This document shows, piece by piece, positions 1 through 7,195 of a stretch of DNA of 64,000 bases. The DNA is taken from IMG/VR virus record IMGVR_UViG_3300045972_000138, positions 173,610-237,609 of that record, one strand, 5' to 3'. The notes below the pieces were generated by a model, which was given only the letters and a program-made list of their open reading frames with translations, ran no database searches and was not told where the DNA came from. The position numbers and the translations under genes were made by a program. The stretch's first letter is position 1. Each line of letters starts with the position of its first letter.

Positions 1-2
1 CT

Positions 3-1133
3 GTATCGATACCTCCGGTTGCAAGTTTCACTAGTACACCGGTATCCGGGAATGTCCCATTTAATGTAACATTTACTGATACATCAACCAACTATCCTAC
101 AAGTTGGTTGTGGCATTTTGGCGATGGAACAACATCAACAGCAAGAAATCCTACACATACCTATACTACACAAGGTACATACAGCCCAACATTAACAGCT
201 ACAAATTCGTCAGGTAGCGGTACAGGCGGCGGTGGGTCTATTACAGCAAACCCTGCTGTGTTTGCTGCCAGCGCAACTATTCTTACTGGTTACATACTTG
301 GAAACTGGTTCTCTAGTAGCTACACAAATGGCAAATTTGTTATAGTTGACTATGGTAGTGCGAATAGTTATTATTCATCCGATAACGGATCATCGTGGAC
401 ATTAGGTAATACAGGTGCGTTACACGGTATTCGTGGACTATCACATGGTGCATATTATATGGCCGGTGTCCAGGCGAATAATGGGAATACAAATGTTGGA
501 TACTACAGTGGTGATGGCACAAACTGGTATACATTGACATTACCATCCGTACAACAATGGTGGGGTGCAGTATATGGCAATGGTGGATATGTATTTTATG
601 GATCTGTTACGGGTGGGCAAATTGCGCTATCGGGCGATTTAGGCAGTTTTTCAATGATATCAACAGGTGTTTCATCGGCATATACTAATGCATACTTCGG
701 TAATGGTATATATATGTTATGCACTTATGTTGGTGCTCTTGTCATGACTAGTAATGATGGTGGACAAACCTGGACAAGGCATAATACACCAGTCCCATTC
801 TATAGTGTGGCATACGGTAATGGCGTATGGGTAGGTACAACGGGCGGCATATCTGCTACTGTGTATACCAGCACTGATAATGGTGTGACATGGACAACAC
901 ACATAAATGCAATGCCGACCAACTCCGGATGGCGCGCAACAACATACGGCAATGGGGTCTTTGTATCAGTAGCAGACAACGGTGGCGGTTTAGGTAATGC
1001 TGCATACAGTACCAATGGCGTAAGTTGGACACTGATTGGCAATATGGATAGATCAGGTTGGGCAAGTCTAATATATGCAAATGGTACATTTATTACAACG
1101 TGCGGCGGTACAGAGCTTGCTAAGGTAATTTAA
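3..1133 (+). CDS. PKD-domain plus BNR/beta-propeller protein (virion/receptor-binding), 5' truncated
   Basis: The frame is open from position 3 (PVASFTSTPVSGNVPFNVTFTDTS..WLWHFGDG = PKD motif). A GSGTGGGG linker precedes repeated S-x-D-x-G-x-T-W and AYGNGxFV blades. Confidence 0.8.
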   Translation, partial: VSIPPVASFTSTPVSGNVPFNVTFTDTSTNYPTSWLWHFGDGTTSTARNPTHTYTTQGTYSPTLTATNSSGSGTGGGGSITANPAVFAASATILTGYILGNWFSSSYTNGKFVIVDYGSANSYYSSDNGSSWTLGNTGALHGIRGLSHGAYYMAGVQANNGNTNVGYYSGDGTNWYTLTLPSVQQWWGAVYGNGGYVFYGSVTGGQIALSGDLGSFSMISTGVSSAYTNAYFGNGIYMLCTYVGALVMTSNDGGQTWTRHNTPVPFYSVAYGNGVWVGTTGGISATVYTSTDNGVTWTTHINAMPTNSGWRATTYGNGVFVSVADNGGGLGNAAYSTNGVSWTLIGNMDRSGWASLIYANGTFITTCGGTELAKVI

Positions 1134-1192
1134 TAGGTTGACTAGAGCATAATTGCTCTGTATAATAAAGGCAAGTCCACTAACTATACAGA

Positions 1193-1579
1193 GTGATTAT
1201 GGAAACTAAAGATTTACACACCAAAGAAGACGCACTGGAGTTTGCAGAGAAGATGCACAATGACGATAATGCTGTTGACATTGCAAAAACTGCTGATGGT
1301 CTGTTTCGTGTGCGTTGGATTAAGAACAAAAAGTACACAACGTACGACGGCAAAGAATTCACTGATGAAGTTTGGATGACAGAGAAAGAAGAACTTATTT
1401 GCATCCAAGATCTAACCGAAGCGCACGCCAAAAATATCATTCGTATGATGTTGCGTAATAGCCGTGAAACAAATCAGGCAGCGACAGCAATGCTCGAAAG
1501 CTTGTCTGCACTTGCAGATGTGTTTGCTACTAGCAACGAAGTTGAGATTCCCGAATCCAGTAATCACGTGTTGCATTGA
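1193..1579 (+). CDS. hypothetical protein
   Basis: 128-aa ORF with an upstream TATAAT; the ATG at 1199 is an alternative start. Confidence 0.65.
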   Translation: MIMETKDLHTKEDALEFAEKMHNDDNAVDIAKTADGLFRVRWIKNKKYTTYDGKEFTDEVWMTEKEELICIQDLTEAHAKNIIRMMLRNSRETNQAATAMLESLSALADVFATSNEVEIPESSNHVLH

Positions 1580-1728
1580 CGTGATAAATAATAGTGCGTA
1601 TAATGCATTAAAAGGATAAATATGGACACAATTGAACACATACAACTTTTGATTGCAGAATTATGGACCAATTGGGATTTTGTGGCACCCGTGCTAGTCC
1701 CTATTGCATATTTTCTTAACTAATAACC

Positions 1729-1803
1729 CTGGCGTTCGTTCAACGGATAGGACATCTTTCTTCTAAAGAGATAATAGTGGTTCGATTCCACTACGCCGGA
1801 CCA
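1729..1803 (+). tRNA. trnR: tRNA-Arg(TCT)
   Basis: Acceptor CTGGCGT/ACGCCGG, anticodon loop CTTCTAA, T-loop GGTTCGATTCC, encoded CCA. Confidence 0.95.
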
Positions 1804-1828
1804 ATTTTTAAACCACCAAGGACTTAAA

Positions 1829-2053
1829 ATGGAAATGACTAAAGTGTATGCCGCTCCCATTCTTGCAGAAGAAATGATTGCTTTGCGTGCAATCGACGCG
1901 TCTAACGCAGAACTTCGCGCACGGAATGAGGCACGCCTTTTTGAATTCAAGGAGTCGATGGGTATCAAGTATCTGTTGCATCCCGACAACGCACCAAAGC
2001 GTCAAGAATATGTTCACGTGCTGACGCACAAAAAAGAAACTATCAACGAGTAA
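1829..2053 (+). CDS. hypothetical protein
   Basis: ORF with an AAGGA SD. Confidence 0.65.
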   Translation: MEMTKVYAAPILAEEMIALRAIDASNAELRARNEARLFEFKESMGIKYLLHPDNAPKRQEYVHVLTHKKETINE

Positions 2054-2056
2054 TAC

Positions 2057-2257
2057 GTGAACGACTTAGTTACGCTGAAAAACATTCTAGCCGTTTTAAT
2101 TGAAAACGGCGTACACAACGAAGTAACACAGCTCGATAATGCTGTGCTCTTCGAGGGTGTTCCGCAGAATGTAATATACAAGGATGATTTGGTTGCAGCA
2201 GGTGCAACTTATGATTCAAACTTCGAAGCCTGGATGTTTTGGGGCAACGAAGAGTAA
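2057..2257 (+). CDS. hypothetical protein
   Basis: ORF directly following the previous gene, GTG start. Confidence 0.6.
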   Translation: MNDLVTLKNILAVLIENGVHNEVTQLDNAVLFEGVPQNVIYKDDLVAAGATYDSNFEAWMFWGNEE

Positions 2258-2301
2258 AGCACGCAACTCTGATAAATAACATTATTGGAGTCGAATGCTT
2301 T

Positions 2302-2859
2302 ATGATATGTGAACATTGTTTAAAAGAATATACAAATAAATCCGGATATTCTAACCACATCAGGCGCTGCCCATCTAACCCGAATCGGGTAATGGAGACA
2401 ATGTCCCCCGAAGGTCGACTTAAAATAAGTAAGTCATCAACCGATTACAATAAGATAAAGTGGGCAGATCCTGTTATACGAGCAAAACACAAGCAGTCAA
2501 TGAAAGATGCCGTAAAGAATAATCCAGATTCTTACACATCATCTAATCGTGGAAGAACTAAACAAATAATTGTTGATGGTATTAAATTACAAGGGCAATG
2601 GGAAGTAGATTTTTATAATTGGGCAAAAGAAAAAGGATTGAGCCCAGAAAGACCAACTATAGCATTTAAGTATGAGTGGAATGGTGAAAGATTTTATCAT
2701 CCAGATTTTTATATACCATCACTAGATTTATACGTAGAAGTGAAGGGTTATGAAACAGATAGGGATAGAGCAAAATGGTCGCAATTTCCGGGTAAGTTGC
2801 GTATAATAAAAGCTGCAGAGATAAAACAGATTAGGCAAGGGTGCTTTGAGCGAGTTTAG
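2302..2859 (+). CDS. zinc-finger plus PD-(D/E)xK nuclease, putative free-standing homing endonuclease
   Basis: N-terminal CEHC..HIRRC and C-terminal YHPDFYIPSLDLYVEVKG. It has its own ATAAATA box (2272) and GGAG SD. The stop codon lies inside the tRNA-Met 5' end. Confidence 0.7.
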   Translation: MICEHCLKEYTNKSGYSNHIRRCPSNPNRVMETMSPEGRLKISKSSTDYNKIKWADPVIRAKHKQSMKDAVKNNPDSYTSSNRGRTKQIIVDGIKLQGQWEVDFYNWAKEKGLSPERPTIAFKYEWNGERFYHPDFYIPSLDLYVEVKGYETDRDRAKWSQFPGKLRIIKAAEIKQIRQGCFERV

Positions 2860-2924
2860 CATAAAGGTAGTGCCGAGAACTCATAATTCTTAAGGTCCGG
2901 GTTCGATCCCCGGGGCTCGCACCA
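2850..2924 (+). tRNA. trnM: tRNA-Met(CAT) (elongator Met or Ile2)
   Basis: Acceptor GCGAGTT/GGCTCGC, anticodon loop CTCATAA, T-loop GGTTCGATCC, CCA end. Confidence 0.92.
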
Positions 2925-2956
2925 AAGCATCTTTCCCTAATCTTAGAAAGACACAC

Positions 2957-3163
2957 ATGGCAGAAATCAAACTAACAAGCGTATGGGCAGTTGACATTAT
3001 TGAATCTGAGCGCGGTTGGGGTTCTAAGGTCGACGAAACAAAACTTTTCGAAACACAGGAAGAAGCTGTGAAGTTTTCGAAAGATTACAACGCAAAGTAC
3101 AATACCGCTACAGAAGTACCGGATTGGTATATGTCTGCTCAGACTCCGTACAAGGTTAAATAA
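2957..3163 (+). CDS. hypothetical protein
   Basis: 68-aa ORF with an ESERGWG motif seen in small phage proteins. Confidence 0.65.
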   Translation: MAEIKLTSVWAVDIIESERGWGSKVDETKLFETQEEAVKFSKDYNAKYNTATEVPDWYMSAQTPYKVK

Positions 3164-3429
3164 TCAACTAAGGGCCGTGCTCTAACATTCCAACGATTCG
3201 CCTACTTCGGTATATTCCAATGGTACGCGGCTGTAAATATATGTTGGTTGATAAAGGTGGCTACCGCGGTAGAATACGAAGGTAGTTACAGGCAGTAGCA
3301 TATCTTGATGACTGAGAATGTATTCTACCGAAAGGTCCCTATACAAAAGCTTTCATTCACCTCTATGCGTGACTGCCACCTATTCAAATAGTAGTTGCTC
3401 TACTTCCTATTTAATGTATAATAGGAAGC

Positions 3430-3933
3430 ATGAAGCAAATACTTATACTCCTAGCAATGGTGCCTACAACGCTGTATAACACAGTATGCCCTAAAATGCC
3501 AAAGATGGATGCCGCACAAGAAAAGTGCTTGGCTACTACCATTTACGGAGAAGCACGTAGCGAACCCGAACAAGGGCAGGTTGCAGTGGCTTATACACTA
3601 CTAAATCGCGCTAAAAATAAGACCATATGCGATGTTGCACTAGCACGCAAGCAATATAGTGTATTCAACAATAATCCTACATTACGAGCAATAGCGACAT
3701 CCTTGCACCTGTTACCAGAACAGAAAAATACAATTGACCAAAAGAGTTGGGAAATGGCTGTTCGTGTTTCAAGGATAGTTATGTATGGATTAACACCAGA
3801 CCCAACTAACGGTGCTACTCATTACATTGCTGACAAGGTCATGAAAGTAAAAGGATACAAATATCCTAAGTGGTCAAAAGAATATAAGGTTGTGGCAACC
3901 ATCAGCAACCATAAATTTTATAAAATCGGTTGA
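3430..3933 (+). CDS. cell wall hydrolase, SleB/Hydrolase_2 family
   Basis: CLATTIYGEARSEPEQGQVAVAYTLLNR, QYS and DPTNGATHY motifs; N-terminal signal-like segment. Confidence 0.88.
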   Translation: MKQILILLAMVPTTLYNTVCPKMPKMDAAQEKCLATTIYGEARSEPEQGQVAVAYTLLNRAKNKTICDVALARKQYSVFNNNPTLRAIATSLHLLPEQKNTIDQKSWEMAVRVSRIVMYGLTPDPTNGATHYIADKVMKVKGYKYPKWSKEYKVVATISNHKFYKIG

Positions 3934-3977
3934 CTGGTACAGGTCGAACTCATACAATAAATAGATCTAAGGATTAT

Positions 3978-4859
3978 ATGTCTATTAAGTACACCTTGTC
4001 GGTAATTATGTTGGCCTCACTGGTTGCTTGTGGAGGTGGGGGCGGAGGTAGCCCAGGCAGCGATGTTGCATCACCTACCAGATTACCAGTTAACGGTATT
4101 GTCTTATCTGCAGATCTGGCACCGGCCAATCTTAGTTGCACCGATTATGTAGAATACGATACAGGTAATGGCAGACTAACCAATAATGTCTGGAATAAAC
4201 AAGCAGCAGGAACATTTCCGTACGCACAATGCATCACAGCTAAAGGACCACTATCAGCAAAGGTGTATGGATGGTCGTGGAATTGGCCTGCGAACTCTGG
4301 CAGTGTATTTGCCTATCCAGAAATAGTGTACGGATGGAAACCGTGGAACGGCGGATCGAGTAATGTACCTACATTGCCTATACGTGTTTCGGCAATTACC
4401 ACTTTACGTTTCTCCTATGATCTTACTGTGACAACAAACGGTAAACACAATGTTTCTACATCTATGTGGTTAACAAGCAACGGTGCGACGAGTAATAAAC
4501 CGGACTCGTCGCATATCACAACCGAGTTTATGATATGGACAGATGGATATGATTTTCATCCTGCTGGTAATTTGGCAGCAATATATACAACCCAAACGGG
4601 AACACAATACGAGGTATGGTTTGATCCATATCAAACCGATGCATCGGGGCAGAATGCAAATGTATGGAAATATGTTGCGTACCGTGCAGTAGTTCCTAGT
4701 CTTACGCCAACTATCGATTTGAAATTAATACTGCAAGATGCAGTAACAAGAGGATATGTTTCGGCTACCGATTATGTATCTAATGTTGAACTTGGAAACG
4801 AAATTATGTCCAGTTCAGGTCAAACGTGGATTAACTCTATTTCGTTAGTAGCACAATGA
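3978..4859 (+). CDS. glycoside hydrolase family 12 lipoprotein (endo-beta-glucanase-like)
   Basis: Lipobox LVAC followed by GGGGGGS; NNVWN, YPEIVYGWKPW, TEFMIW and VELGNEI GH12 motifs; AAGGA SD before the ATG at 3978. Confidence 0.8.
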   Translation: MSIKYTLSVIMLASLVACGGGGGGSPGSDVASPTRLPVNGIVLSADLAPANLSCTDYVEYDTGNGRLTNNVWNKQAAGTFPYAQCITAKGPLSAKVYGWSWNWPANSGSVFAYPEIVYGWKPWNGGSSNVPTLPIRVSAITTLRFSYDLTVTTNGKHNVSTSMWLTSNGATSNKPDSSHITTEFMIWTDGYDFHPAGNLAAIYTTQTGTQYEVWFDPYQTDASGQNANVWKYVAYRAVVPSLTPTIDLKLILQDAVTRGYVSATDYVSNVELGNEIMSSSGQTWINSISLVAQ

Positions 4860-5179
4860 AACTTACAACATATCAAAAACACCTATTCTCCAGATTCAAA
4901 CTTCGCGGTGACTATGTCACTTGGTGTTTTAATTCTAAAGGGTGGTTGCGTATTCATCGATTCATTATCCGCTGGCGTCTAGTTGACATCAACGCCGTAA
5001 GCTGTGCTATAATACACTCAGCAGTGTGAGTGCAGTCCTATATAGTAGGCATACAAATAAGTCCTACTATATTTTATGCAGATAATGCTTGCTAGAGTCA
5101 TAAATAAGTGCTACAATAAGCACTTAGCAAAACAAATAGTTGATCGCAACTGTTTGTGGTAAGTTCTTTAACAAAATAT

Positions 5180-5266
5180 GCGAGTGTGGCGAAATAGGTA
5201 GACGCAACAGACTTAAAATCTGTCGGGGGCAACTTCATGCCGGTTCGATTCCGGCCACTCGCACCA
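5180..5266 (+). tRNA. trnL: tRNA-Leu(TAA)
   Basis: Acceptor GCGAGTG/CACTCGC, loop CTTAAAA, long variable arm, T-loop, CCA. Confidence 0.96.
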
Positions 5267-5274
5267 TAGTTTAT

Positions 5275-5356
5275 GTCCCTGTCGGTGGAGAGCGACACCT
5301 CCGCGCTTAACGGCAATGCAGAAATGCAAAGGATACGAAAGTATCAAGGGACTCCA
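5275..5356 (+). ncRNA. tRNA-like RNA with GAAA tetraloops and a CCA end
   Basis: GTCCCT/AGGGAC-T-CCA acceptor, GTCG/CGAC D-like arm, and two GAAA-capped hairpins, one replacing the T arm. Confidence 0.55.
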
Positions 5357-5363
5357 ATTTTAA

Positions 5364-5416
5364 GGGATACTTACAGCAATTTTAATTCACCGTAAATGAA
5401 ACCAAAAAGGTATCCT
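5364..5416 (+). ncRNA. mini stem-loop RNA presenting an anticodon-like 7-nt loop
   Basis: GGGATAC/GTATCCT closing stem around TTCA-CCGTAAA-TGAA. Confidence 0.4.
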
Positions 5417-5421
5417 GTTTA

Positions 5422-5496
5422 GCCCTTGTAGCAGAGTGGTAATGCACGCGCCTTGTAAGCGCGGGATCTGGTGTTCGATTCACCACGAGGGCACCA
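5422..5496 (+). tRNA. trnT: tRNA-Thr(TGT)
   Basis: Acceptor GCCCTTG/CGAGGGC, loop CTTGTAA, T-loop GTTCGATTC, CCA. Confidence 0.95.
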
Positions 5497-5585
5497 TATT
5501 AGAATGCACTAACTGAGTACAAGGCTCAGCGTGCGAATTCAGTAACTAAGCCTCAAGAGGAAGCTATAGTGCATTCTAATATGGT
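5493..5585 (+). repeat. spacer hairpin S1, 19-bp perfect inverted repeat
   Basis: ACCATATTAGAATGCACTA (5493-5511) / TAGTGCATTCTAATATGGT (5567-5585). Confidence 0.9.
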
Positions 5586-5699
5586 GTGTTGATCGTTAAA
5601 TCAAAAAGTAAAGCGAAGTACAAGCTAGCCAATAGACCCGCGAACGTACTTAGAATCGTTCATGACAGTGAAAGCCTGTAAGGGGAGATTAACATACCA
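5583..5699 (+). ncRNA. structured RNA module E1 (GGT...ACCA)
   Basis: 12-bp closing stem GGTGTGTTGATC/GATTAACATACC plus internal hairpins. Confidence 0.5.
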
Positions 5700-5760
5700 T
5701 ATTAGAACACACTACGACTCTAACGAGGGCTGGTTCACCGGTAGTGTGTTCTAATATGGT
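5696..5760 (+). repeat. spacer hairpin S2, 20-bp perfect inverted repeat
   Basis: ACCATATTAGAACACACTAC (5696-5715) / GTAGTGTGTTCTAATATGGT (5741-5760). Confidence 0.9.
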
Positions 5761-5835
5761 ATACCGATAGCCCAAAGATAAGAGGCAAGTATAATTACTG
5801 ACAGTGCAGGTTAGATTCCTGTTCGGATACTACCA
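5758..5835 (+). ncRNA. tRNA-like module E2 lacking a 7-nt anticodon loop
   Basis: 9-bp bulged acceptor plus A-CCA, D-like arm, 4-nt loop at the anticodon position, T arm GCAGG-TTAGATT-CCTGT. Confidence 0.55.
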
Positions 5836-5976
5836 TATTAAACTACATTCGTTGATCGGTGAGCCCAGGGCAGATCCGCAAATGTCGAAGTGTTGTTACA
5901 CACAGTTTCGGTCCTTGCCATATAGTGCTTGGTATCGGGTAAGACGGTTTAATTCCGCAGTGTAGTTTAATATGGT
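5832..5976 (+). repeat. spacer hairpin S3, 18-bp inverted repeat
   Basis: ACCATATTAAACTACATT (5832-5849) / AGTGTAGTTTAATATGGT (5959-5976), one G-U pair. Confidence 0.88.
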
Positions 5977-6098
5977 GATGTAATGTCCTCGCAAGGGACT
6001 GTGGCAGAGCAACGCGGATCGTTATACGGCAATGCTCAAGAGAATGCAACCACATGGGGCAAGAGTAAGTGAACGTGAGTAACCGATTACCTCTACCA
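5974..6098 (+). ncRNA. structured RNA module E3 (GGT...ACCA)
   Basis: Starts GGTGATGTAAT and ends ATTACCTCTACCA; internal GTCCT/GGGAC and GAGCA/TGCTC stems. Confidence 0.45.
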
Positions 6099-6219
6099 TA
6101 TCAATCCGCAAAGCTCTTGCGACGGGGCTTTACAGGACGGGAATTGACCCGAAACGTGTCGCAGCGTTGGCATCTGGTAAGGATGCATAGCCTGAATTAA
6201 CAGGGCGGATTGATATGGT
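6095..6219 (+). repeat. spacer hairpin S4, 15-bp perfect inverted repeat enclosing a multi-hairpin domain
   Basis: ACCATATCAATCCGC (6095-6109) / GCGGATTGATATGGT (6205-6219). Confidence 0.88.
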
Positions 6220-6645
6220 GTGCTAAGTTAAGTGCCTTAAACTGAAAGAGAATGAAAAGTAGAATTGCAGCTAATGTAGCCTGGCCAGGTACGGCATTAG
6301 ACGTTCTAGTTAGTAGATTTCTGGAGGGGTAGTTTAGTGTAATAGGAGCACGCAACCTTTATGGCGCCGAAGAACGGTGCGATACCGTGGCTATTAAAGG
6401 TGCTTAACTTAGATTTCCGAAGCTTGTAATCAAGCCTGACACGACAGCATAACGTGGGTTGGACCTTAGCCAAGTAAAAATATTAAGGTGCAGTATTGCC
6501 ATGCATAGAAGTGTGATAGTTTACGGGGCGGAGTTCTTAAAACTACCCTGGTATGGTCCTAATCATTAGGCCAAAGAAAGTGTTGTTAACGACACCAAAG
6601 TCATCCTAGACTGGAAAAACTAGGGTGCATATATTTTAAAGATTT

Positions 6646-6834
6646 GCCTCAGTACCTCAGTGGATTTGTGATTGTACTACTTTAAAGGAACGTTTAGTAG
6701 GGATTGCACTTTAAAGACGAATGCTTCTTCTTGCACAGATGCGCGATCTGGAATGGTTTTAGTTGAAGTCAATACTGTAGAGGGCCGGATTTCTAATCCG
6801 AAAGTCGGGGGTTCGATTCCTTCCTGCGGCACCA
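6646..6834 (+). tRNA. trnR: tRNA-Arg(TCT) interrupted in the D-loop by a 114-nt insert (6665-6778) with a BHB motif
   Basis: The 5' part GCCTCAG-TA-CCTC-AGTGGA and the 3' part A-GAGG-G-CCGGA-TTTCTAA-TCCGA-AAGTC-GGGGG-TTCGATT-CCTTC-CTGCGGC-A-CCA join into a 75-nt cloverleaf (acceptor 6/7 paired). Confidence 0.75.
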
Positions 6835-6904
6835 TATAGAAACACATTTCCGACAGTAGGCGGAGGTGACAATGTCCATTCGGGTGAATGTGTTTCTATA
6901 TGGT
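6831..6904 (+). repeat. spacer hairpin S5, 18-bp perfect inverted repeat
   Basis: ACCATATAGAAACACATT (6831-6848) / AATGTGTTTCTATATGGT (6887-6904). Confidence 0.9.
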
Positions 6905-7191
6905 ATGAAGCGTACTGTAACACTTAGTGGGAAAGCGCCTTCTGTTGTATATGATTTAGCAACTCACCTCTGGTAAATCACGACAGGAGAAAGTTACAGC
7001 CATTTTTATTATGGTAAATGCGGAGACTGATCCGCGAGTTAGGTTGCGTCACCGGGTGGCTTATTTTGCCAAGATCACATCAGATTGAGGCTACACTCCT
7101 ACCGCGGAAATTGGGTGATGTCCGAGGGTCTGAAGCGTAAGATGAGTAGTAGGAAAATCTAAATAATGCAGGAGATCAGTACCTGTTACCA
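6902..7191 (+). ncRNA. structured RNA modules E5 (6902-7002, ends GCCA) and E6 (7013-7191, GGTAA...TTACCA)
   Basis: CTGTAAC/GTTACAG and GGTAA/TTACC closing stems, each followed by CCA and a TTTTT run; no ORF. Confidence 0.4.
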
Positions 7192-7195
7192 TTTT

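Noticed and set aside
5098-5316. Minus-strand 72-aa ORF
   Set aside because: It is the antisense shadow of tRNA-Leu and has no SD.
5843-6055. Minus-strand 70-aa ORF in the RNA island
   Set aside because: It overlaps structured hairpins S3/E3, with no SD and no coding-like composition.
6665-6778. Group I/II intron in tRNA-Arg
   Set aside because: 114 nt is too short, and no P7 or domain V core is recognisable; the BHB geometry fits better.
5493-6904. CRISPR array interpretation of the ACCATAT/ATATGGT repeats
   Set aside because: The repeats are inverted pairs with diverging sequence and irregular spacing (65-145 nt units), not identical direct repeats with uniform spacers; there are no cas genes in the window.
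7128-7160. Second hammerhead-like core CTGAAG...GAAA in module E6
   Set aside because: It lacks CUGANGA and a closed stem II.
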